Assembly: GCA_963714015.1 (NCBI GenBank) | Contig: OY970223.1 | Location: forward strand, 3,296,001-3,360,000 | Reading direction: 5' to 3' | Source: Vulcanimicrobiota bacterium | Lineage (GTDB): Bacteria > Vulcanimicrobiota > Vulcanimicrobiia > Vulcanimicrobiales > Vulcanimicrobiaceae | Length of the DNA stretch: 64,000 nt | Made by a program: the position numbers and the translations under genes | Notes under the pieces: generated by a model | Seen by the model: only the letters and a program-made list of their open reading frames with translations | What the model was told of the DNA's origin: nothing | Database searches by the model: none | Part shown: positions 57,240-64,000 of the stretch, in pieces | Position numbering within the stretch: the first letter of the stretch is position 1 | Layout: the number at the start of each line of letters is the position of its first letter

Positions 57240-57652
57240 GGTAACCACTAAACGATTATGGAAGATAGAACGTCCCGGTCCACGCGGCATCGGTTCCAGA
57301 TCCCGTGTGAACGGGTGAGCTGCAGCCACGCGGTTCAACTGTAGGCATCGGCGGTGTCCCCGTAACCGTTACCGTGTAGACGCCCGTTTGCGCAGACGCG
57401 GACGAGTACGCCCCGGCTCCGCATTTGCGGAAGTAACGACTTGAGCTCCAGCGCATGCGCTTAACTATGTCATATCGATATGCATAAGTAAACAAATATT
57501 GAACCGGCGGCACCGATCGTTTGAGGAAGTTCTGGAGACCGACGTTCCTGTTGCAAGCGCCGCCATGCCGGACAAGCCTTGTTTGAATCCGAAATGCGCG
57601 TCCCTGCGGCTTCTGTTGCTTTGAGCCGAATTGGTTGACCGGAGCCATTCGA

Positions 57653-58573
57653 TCAGCCAGGTGCCGCTGTGCCGGCTTGGAGTGAATGCGCTTCGTACGC
57701 AAGCTTTGCGGCATACAGATCTTCTACGGCAAGTCCGCCGGACTTGAAAATCGTCGTCGCCGTCTTCGGCGGCGGCGGCACGGAGCAGGCAAAGATCTCC
57801 CCGATTTCCGCGTACGGCTGAGCGCCCGACAGGATCACGTCGCCGGATTCCTTGGCCATTGCTTCGCGCGAATCCACGACGACGACGTTTGCCATCGCTT
57901 CGTCGTCGAGTTCCCGCCAGTCCGGATGGTTCGCTCCGACCGCATTGACGTGCGCACCCGGCTTAAGCCACTCTCCGCGGAGCACCGGCTGCTGTGAACT
58001 CGTCGCAACGACGACGACGTCCGCTCCGCGCACAGCGGCTTCCGCATCGAGAGCGCGCGCATGGTGTTCGCGCGCAAAGCGCGCGGCATGTGCCGAATTG
58101 CGGCTCCAGACACGGATGTCCTCGAACGTTGCGACGTGCGAGAGCGCTTCCAGATGCGCGCGGGCCTGAACGCCGCTCCCAAGAATGCCGAGCACGTGCG
58201 CTTCAGGCGGCATGAGATAGCGCGTGATGGCCGCTGAGACTGCGGCCGTGCGCATCTCGGTGATGAGCCGTCCGTCCATCGCCGCCAGCGGCGCACCGGT
58301 CCGCGTATCGAACAGCACGATCGTCGCCTGGTGCGTGGGAAATTCGCTGCCTTCGTTGGCGGGATAGAAGCTCACGAGCTTAGCGCCCATGACGTCATCC
58401 GCTACAGCGGGCATGACCCCGAGGAAACGGCGATGTTCTTCGACTGTAATGACCGAGCGCACCGGCTGGCGGACTTTGCCGGCTGAAAATGCGGCAAGCG
58501 CGTTTTCCATCGCTGCGATCAAAGCGTCCCAGTCCAGAAGCGCGCGAATCCGATTCTCATCGAGATAAATCAT
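57653..58573 (-). CDS. Ornithine cyclodeaminase / mu-crystallin family protein
   Basis: GAKLVS, ITEMRTAAVS, GSGVQARAH, FKSGGLAVED. Confidence 0.9.
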   Translation of the reverse strand: MIYLDENRIRALLDWDALIAAMENALAAFSAGKVRQPVRSVITVEEHRRFLGVMPAVADDVMGAKLVSFYPANEGSEFPTHQATIVLFDTRTGAPLAAMDGRLITEMRTAAVSAAITRYLMPPEAHVLGILGSGVQARAHLEALSHVATFEDIRVWSRNSAHAARFAREHHARALDAEAAVRGADVVVVATSSQQPVLRGEWLKPGAHVNAVGANHPDWRELDDEAMANVVVVDSREAMAKESGDVILSGAQPYAEIGEIFACSVPPPPKTATTIFKSGGLAVEDLYAAKLAYEAHSLQAGTAAPG

Positions 58574-58602
58574 GGCGTCCCCGGTAAAGTTACTGCCCGA
58601 GT

Positions 58603-59079
58603 CTACAGAATCGTCCGAATGGCTGAAGCGATCTGCGCTCGGTCCATTTGACCGACGACGATTTTCGCAATGACACCCGAACGATTGATGAAGACGTGCA
58701 CGGGCAAGCCGTTTACGGAATACTGCGTCTGCAGCTTGCCGTCGTCAACCACCGCAGGGTAGACCAAGTGATATTTCGCGATGAACTGCTGCGCTTTCTT
58801 CCGGCTCTCCAACTCGTCGACGCCGACGATCTGGAGGCCGCGAGCGGCATAAATCTTTTGGAAATCGTTGATGTACGGCGCTTCCTCATTGCACGGGTCG
58901 CACCAAGTGGCGAAGAAGTTCAAGTAGACGGGGCGCCCGCGCAGCGAATCCAGCGTAAGCTGTGTCCCCGAAGCCGTCGGCTCGGTCCAATTCGGCGCAA
59001 CGGCTCCCGTGCGTGCGGTGCTGGACGCGCTTGCACATGCTGCTAATGCTGCAACGCTCAGCGCCGCAGCAAGGGTCAC
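58603..59079 (-). CDS. TlpA/ResA-family thiol-disulfide lipoprotein
   Basis: LAAC lipobox; LNFFATWCDPCNEEAP. Confidence 0.88.
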   Translation of the reverse strand: MTLAAALSVAALAACASASSTARTGAVAPNWTEPTASGTQLTLDSLRGRPVYLNFFATWCDPCNEEAPYINDFQKIYAARGLQIVGVDELESRKKAQQFIAKYHLVYPAVVDDGKLQTQYSVNGLPVHVFINRSGVIAKIVVGQMDRAQIASAIRTIL

Positions 59080-59080
59080 T

Positions 59081-59998
59081 CTAACCGTACGAAGGATACG
59101 CAACGGCTTGCAGATCGCGCTGCATTTGGTCCAGAAGCGCATCCGCGCTGCCGAATCGCTCTTGATCGCGAACGAATCGCAGCTCTCGAAGCCAAAGTTC
59201 TTTGCCATAGATCGTCTCCTCGAAATCCCGCAGCCAGGCCTCGACCGTGCGCTGCGTCCCGTCGAACGTCGGATTGGTCCCGATGGACAGGAGCGCCGCG
59301 TAGTCCCGGCCGTCGAAGCGCGCCACCGCAGCATAAACCCCGTCTTTCGGTAAGAGTTTCCGCGGCACGCAGATGTTAGCGGTCGGAAAACCCAAGTCGT
59401 GACCGCGGCCGGCACCCAACTCGACCGCACCCCGCAGCTCGTAGCTATGTCCCAGCAGCTCGTCCGCGCGCGTCAAGTCGCCCTTCTCGATAGCGAGCCG
59501 GATGCGCGTGCTCGAGATACGCTCGCCGCTCTCGTCGAGTGTAGCATCCAGAGCAGCGAACTCGACCCCGCATTCCGCAAATACGCGCTGCATGAGTTGC
59601 GTATCTCCCTTGCGCAAGTGTCCAAAGCGGAAACTCTTTCCGACGACGACTCCCCGAACGCCGAGATCGCGCACGAGCGTATCGCGCAGGAAATGCTCGG
59701 CCTCTTGTGAGGCAATTCGCTCGTCGAACCCCGGCACAAAACATTCGTCATATCCGGCGCTTGCGATCAGGTCGACGCGCTCCTCGAGCGTCGTTATCAG
59801 CGGCGGCTCCGTCCCCGGCCGCAGGTATGATGCCGGATGATTCGCAAACGTCAATGCCGCCGTCTTCCATCCAAGCTTGCGCATCCGCATAACTTGGCGC
59901 GCGATGTCGCGATGCCCGCGATGCATCCCGTCGAAAAACCCGATCGAAATCACGAGCGGTTCTTTGGAATCACGCCGAAGTTCGTGATGCAGTTTCAC
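59081..59998 (-). CDS. ribF: Riboflavin kinase / FAD synthetase
   Basis: IGFFDGMHRGH, ISSTRIR, LGFPTAN, IGTNPTF. Confidence 0.95.
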   Translation of the reverse strand: MKLHHELRRDSKEPLVISIGFFDGMHRGHRDIARQVMRMRKLGWKTAALTFANHPASYLRPGTEPPLITTLEERVDLIASAGYDECFVPGFDERIASQEAEHFLRDTLVRDLGVRGVVVGKSFRFGHLRKGDTQLMQRVFAECGVEFAALDATLDESGERISSTRIRLAIEKGDLTRADELLGHSYELRGAVELGAGRGHDLGFPTANICVPRKLLPKDGVYAAVARFDGRDYAALLSIGTNPTFDGTQRTVEAWLRDFEETIYGKELWLRELRFVRDQERFGSADALLDQMQRDLQAVAYPSYG

Positions 59999-59999
59999 T

Positions 60000-60875
60000 C
60001 TAGACGAAAACCTTGCGGGGTGCCAGCAACGCGCCGTGCATTTCGCCGACGCCCACGAGCGTACGCGATTCGTCGCGAACGAAGACGTGCTTTCCGGCGG
60101 CTCCGGCCGGCAGCGGCACGACGCGTCCGGCGCGGAAATCGGCCGAATGACGCAGATCCAGAACGATCGTCGGAAACGGAATGATGTGTTCCGGCGCGAT
60201 GAGCGCCTCGCGCGGTTCCAGAGCGATCTCGTCGAGCGTGCGGCTCTCGAACAATACAAACGGTCCCGAAGCTTCGCGCACCAGCGCCCCCATGTGCGCC
60301 GGCAGATCGATCGCGCGGCCCAGATCCTCGCACAGCGTGCGCACGTACGTGCCCTCGCTGCATGCGATTCTCAAACGCGCCGCACCCATACGATCGATTC
60401 CCAGCAGCGTAATGCCGTAAACGGTGATCGACCGAGCTTTGCGTTCGACTACGCGACCTTCACGCGCAAGCTGATAAAGACGCTTTCCCTCGTGGTGTAC
60501 TGCGCTGTACATCGGCGGAATCTGATCGCGTTTGCCGACGAAGTCCGGCAGTATTTGCGAGAGCTTGCGCTCCCAGCCGTGCGGAACCGCTTTGCATTCC
60601 ACTTCTTCACCGAGTGCATCCCCAGTCGTCGTCGACCGCCCCGGTACGAGTGTGCAGACGTACGCTTTGCGCTGATCGGTCAGCAGCGGAATCAAACGTG
60701 TCGCTTTACCGACCGCAATGGGTAAAACCCCGGCCGCTTGCGGGTCCAGCGTGCCCAAATGACCAACGCCGATGTGCCGGTCGCGGGAATAGATCGCGTA
60801 AATGCGACGCAGGCGCGCCACGACTTGCGCCGAGCTGGGACCGGCGGGTTTGAAGACGTTGATGAAACCGAGCAC
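60000..60875 (-). CDS. truB: tRNA pseudouridine(55) synthase
   Basis: GHLGTLDP, QIPPMYSAV, CSEGTYVRTL. Confidence 0.95.
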   Translation of the reverse strand: MLGFINVFKPAGPSSAQVVARLRRIYAIYSRDRHIGVGHLGTLDPQAAGVLPIAVGKATRLIPLLTDQRKAYVCTLVPGRSTTTGDALGEEVECKAVPHGWERKLSQILPDFVGKRDQIPPMYSAVHHEGKRLYQLAREGRVVERKARSITVYGITLLGIDRMGAARLRIACSEGTYVRTLCEDLGRAIDLPAHMGALVREASGPFVLFESRTLDEIALEPREALIAPEHIIPFPTIVLDLRHSADFRAGRVVPLPAGAAGKHVFVRDESRTLVGVGEMHGALLAPRKVFV

Positions 60876-61123
60876 TACTTCGGCTTGGAGATATAGAGCT
60901 GCTCGCGCCGCGCGAAGCGGCCGTAGTAATAGACGACTACGCCCGCGATTGCCAGAATTGCGCCGGCGATTACGCCGCGCACGGTGAAGATTGCGGATGC
61001 AGCGATGCATAAAACGCCGACCAGCGTCACGACGATTCCCCAACGCATGAACGGCGTCTCGCGCCTGGTTCCGAAAAGCATTCCGGCAGCCAGAACGACC
61101 GCTACGATGAGGAGCAGTCTCAT
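60875..61123 (-). CDS. Small 3-TM hypothetical protein
   Basis: Coupled between nrnA and truB. Confidence 0.65.
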   Translation of the reverse strand: MRLLLIVAVVLAAGMLFGTRRETPFMRWGIVVTLVGVLCIAASAIFTVRGVIAGAILAIAGVVVYYYGRFARREQLYISKPK

Positions 61124-62106
61124 TAGAGTCCTTCGGCTACGAGCGCCTCGTCGACCGCTCGCACGCCGGCTGCAAGCGAACCGTTGTACGTCAATCCGGA
61201 AGCGCGGAAATGACCGCCGCCGCCCAAGCGCGCTGCCGCAGCCTGCACGTTGACGCGTCCGCTGCTGCGCAAACTCACGCGCAGTTCGCCGTCATAGTCC
61301 TTGAACAGCGCGGCAACCTCGACGCCTTCGACGGATCGCAGGTGATTGACGATCTCTTCCGTGTCTTCGCCGTCGGCCTTGCACTGCGCCAGCATTGCCT
61401 GGTCGACGTACGACCAGATGTAGCGCCCGTCATGTTCGACCTTCGCTTCGCCCAGCGCGCGGCCGAGCAGCTTGAGCGCTGCAAGCCGTTTGTTCGCGAA
61501 GATTTCTTGCGTGATCGCTTCTTTGTCCGCACCAAGCCGCATCAGCTCGGCGGATAGGCTCAGCACGTCCGGCGTCGTGTTGCTGTGAATGAAGCCGCCC
61601 GTATCGGTCATGATCGTCGTCAGCAGACACGTCGCGATATCGGCGTCAATCTTCACGCCGAGCTTTCGCAGCAAATGCATAACGCAAGTACCGGTCGAGC
61701 ACTCGTGCGTGAGCACATAGTTCAGAGCGCCGAAGTGATCGTTCCCCAAATGGTGATCGATATCCAAAATGTTCTCGCGCCGCAGTTCGGGCAAGAATTC
61801 TCCCGCGCGCGACGGGCTGCTCATGTCGCCGAAGACCCAAAGCGCATCTGACGGCAGATCGGAGGGAATCTCACGCGAAACGAACTGCGTATCGGCCAGA
61901 AACCGCAGATTGCGCGGAACCGGATCCTGTTGGAAGTAATGCACGCGCTTGCCGAGTTTTTTCAGTGCAAGTCCGAGCGCCAGCCCTGCTCCCAGCGTGT
62001 CGCCGTCAGGTTTCACGTGGCTAACCATCACAAAAGCCGCACGCTTGAGCAGCTCCGCCACGACCTCTTCCGTCGTTGCGCTAACCTTGCTCGGGTTTTG
62101 AATCAC
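61123..62106 (-). CDS. nrnA: DHH/DHHA1 oligoribonuclease / pAp phosphatase
   Basis: HVKPDGD, IDHH, TDTGGF, RVSLRS, GGGGH. Confidence 0.88.
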   Translation of the reverse strand: MIQNPSKVSATTEEVVAELLKRAAFVMVSHVKPDGDTLGAGLALGLALKKLGKRVHYFQQDPVPRNLRFLADTQFVSREIPSDLPSDALWVFGDMSSPSRAGEFLPELRRENILDIDHHLGNDHFGALNYVLTHECSTGTCVMHLLRKLGVKIDADIATCLLTTIMTDTGGFIHSNTTPDVLSLSAELMRLGADKEAITQEIFANKRLAALKLLGRALGEAKVEHDGRYIWSYVDQAMLAQCKADGEDTEEIVNHLRSVEGVEVAALFKDYDGELRVSLRSSGRVNVQAAAARLGGGGHFRASGLTYNGSLAAGVRAVDEALVAEGL

Positions 62107-62453
62107 GCGTTGCCACCGGCGGCGTCGCGCAGCCTCTTACTCAGATTGATGGCGCGCTCAGTGGAACGATCCTCGACGAACACCAATTCCGGCGTATGGC
62201 GCAATTTGATCTCCCGTCCAAGCTGCCCGCGCAAGAATCCGCCCGCGTGCCCGAGCGCCTCCATCGTCTGAGCGGCGACGTGCCGGTCCCCGATGATCGA
62301 CACGAAAACCTTCGCATGATGGAGATCCTGCGTAATCTCGACGCGCGTCACCGTCGTAAATCCCATCCGCGGATCTTTCAACTCCTGCGAGATCAACGTC
62401 CCCAGCACCCGTTGAATCTCATGATCGATTTTCTGCATTCTTTGGAATTTCAT
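62103..62453 (-). CDS. rbfA: Ribosome-binding factor A
   Basis: LKDPRMGFTTVTRVEITQDLHHAKVFVS...LRHTPEL. Confidence 0.95.
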   Translation of the reverse strand: MKFQRMQKIDHEIQRVLGTLISQELKDPRMGFTTVTRVEITQDLHHAKVFVSIIGDRHVAAQTMEALGHAGGFLRGQLGREIKLRHTPELVFVEDRSTERAINLSKRLRDAAGGNA

Positions 62454-62531
62454 AATGCTGGATTTTCCCATGCTCGAATCGCCGAAGCACCATTTCGGTG
62501 AGCCTGGCGCCGGCAACCACTGCGCCGTAGG

Positions 62532-62832
62532 GCCACTCGGAAATCCGACATCGTGTCGGATTCCTGTTCGCGCCGCATTTTCGGCAAAGTAAATTTTGAA
62601 ATCGCCATCCATGGCAGGGCCAAAAAGTCGAGCGCGCGACCCCGGCGCCCAGTGAGTCTGCACGCCGACAGCAGCCTCGCGCCGAACTGCATGAGTGGCG
62701 CGCGATGGGTTACCTGTGCCCGGGGCGCGCTCGAACTTTTTCGCGCTCGCCAGGATGGCGATTTCAAAACTTCGTTCACGCGAAAAAGTCGCGCGAACAG
62801 GAAATTCACACGATGTCGAATTTCCGAGTGGC
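62532..62832. repeat. ~300-bp imperfect palindrome (MITE-like or long RNA hairpin)
   Basis: Arms GCCACTCGGAAAT.CGACATCGTGT...TTCCTGTTCGCGC...TTTTGAAATCGCCATCC...AAAAAGT.CGAGCGCGC match in inverted orientation. Confidence 0.85.
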
Positions 62833-62887
62833 GCCAGGGGGTATGACGGCGCTCCCGGCAAGATCGCGCGTGAGCCGCTCGCGCGAA

Positions 62888-64000
62888 TCATGCGTGAGCG
62901 AGCTCCGCTGCGATGGTCTCCGTGGTGAAGGCTTCGACGACGTCGCCGACTTTGAGGTCTTGGTAGCGGGCGACTTGGATGCCGCATTCGTAGCCTTCGG
63001 CGACTTCGCGCACGTCGTCTTTGAAGCGGCGCAGCGATTCCAGTTCGCCTTCGAAGATGACGACCGAATCGCGCAGGACGCGCACTTTGGCGTTGCGTTG
63101 GATCTTGCCGTTCTTGACGTAGCAGCCGGCGATGGAGCCGACCTTGCTGACCTTGAATATCTCGCGCACTTCGGCATGGCCGAGCGTGACTTCGCGCGTG
63201 ATTGGAGCCAGCATGCCGCGCATGGCTTTCTTGAGATCGTCTTCCACTTCGTAGATGACTTGGTACAAGCGCAGATCGACGGCTTCGTTGTCTGCAAGGC
63301 GTTTGACCGTCTCGTCGGGTCGAATGTTGAACCCGATGAGCACGGCGTTGGACGCGCTCGCAAGGTTCACGTCGTTCGGAGTGATCGCGCCGACGCCGCC
63401 GTGAATCACGCGGATGTCGACTTCCTCCGTGGAGAGCGACTCCATGCGCGCGCGCAGCGCTTCGACCGAGCCTTGACCGTCGGCTTTGACGATGATGTTC
63501 AGCGTCTTCTTGCCTTCGGCGGGCATCGTCATGAACGTCTCGAGGGAGACGCGCTGTCCGCCGCTTGCAGCGATGCGCACGTCGCGGCGGCGCGTCTTGC
63601 GCTTCTCGGCCGTTTCACGCGCGACGCGTTCGTCGCTGACGACCATGAGCGTGTCGCCCGCAGAAGGCACATCTTGCAGACCCATAATCTCGACCGGAAT
63701 CGAGGGGCCGGCTTTCTTGACCTGTTTGCCCTTGTCGTCGACGAGCGCGCGAACTTTACCGAACGTTCCGCCGACGACGACGATGTCGCCGACGCGCAGC
63801 GTGCCGTTCTGAATCAGCGCGGTCGCAACGGCGCCGCGGCCTTTGTGCAAAGCGGCTTCGATCACGACGCCCGTGGCGCGGCGAGTCTTGTTCGCTTTCA
63901 AATCGCGGATGTCGGCTTCGAGCAGCACCGTTTCGAGCAGCTGATCGATCCCGATGCCGTTTTTCGCGGAGACCGGAACCATCTCGATATTGCCGCCCCA
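62888..64000 (-). CDS. infB: Translation initiation factor IF-2 (C-terminal part)
   Basis: [49 protein letters not shown]. Confidence 0.97.
   Translation of the reverse strand, partial: WGGNIEMVPVSAKNGIGIDQLLETVLLEADIRDLKANKTRRATGVVIEAALHKGRGAVATALIQNGTLRVGDIVVVGGTFGKVRALVDDKGKQVKKAGPSIPVEIMGLQDVPSAGDTLMVVSDERVARETAEKRKTRRRDVRIAASGGQRVSLETFMTMPAEGKKTLNIIVKADGQGSVEALRARMESLSTEEVDIRVIHGGVGAITPNDVNLASASNAVLIGFNIRPDETVKRLADNEAVDLRLYQVIYEVEDDLKKAMRGMLAPITREVTLGHAEVREIFKVSKVGSIAGCYVKNGKIQRNAKVRVLRDSVVIFEGELESLRRFKDDVREVAEGYECGIQVARYQDLKVGDVVEAFTTETIAAELAHA

Noticed and set aside
62454..62887. ORFs spanning the infB-rbfA gap (119 aa; extension of rbfA)
   Set aside because: No recognisable protein features; the region is explained by the long palindrome

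Overview
GC-rich bacterial chromosome segment. Inferred (not proven) to be Ca. Eremiobacterota/Vulcanimicrobiota-like, because a TonB receptor and secreted beta-propeller lipoproteins sit beside Terrabacteria-type core genes. Core blocks: TonB receptor, tdh-kbl, phoB-phoR-pstB, class I aldolase, dapA-like/proline dehydrogenase, a poly-HAMP hybrid kinase with CheR and a divergent PP2C-ATPase, a Clp ATPase, an MCE protein, and infB-rbfA-nrnA-truB-ribF. Two accessory regions interrupt them: ~10.3-14.0 kb (IS3, orphan immunity-like genes) and ~33.5-57.6 kb. The large region holds (i) a fusion of a catalytically dead LigD-polymerase domain, an HTH and an Mrr-like nuclease, preceded by a repeat-rich, structured 0.5-kb non-coding stretch (best candidate for an undescribed system); (ii) a Menshen-like DUF262/DUF3696-ATPase/third-gene defence operon overlapping a decayed casposon-type family-B DNA polymerase; (iii) IS3, IS21 and IS256 elements; (iv) toxin/immunity remnants; (v) a DUF4062-GAF cluster; (vi) a Rox-like monooxygenase with a RAE-like 19-bp palindrome upstream. 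Also seen: a perfect 19-bp inverted repeat pair bracketing a LuxR-ATPase module, and a ~300-bp palindrome between infB and rbfA. Many single-base frameshifts, including in core genes, suggest sequencing indels, so pseudogene calls are tentative. No rRNA, intact tRNA or CRISPR array was seen. All family assignments come from motif recognition by eye; no searches were run.
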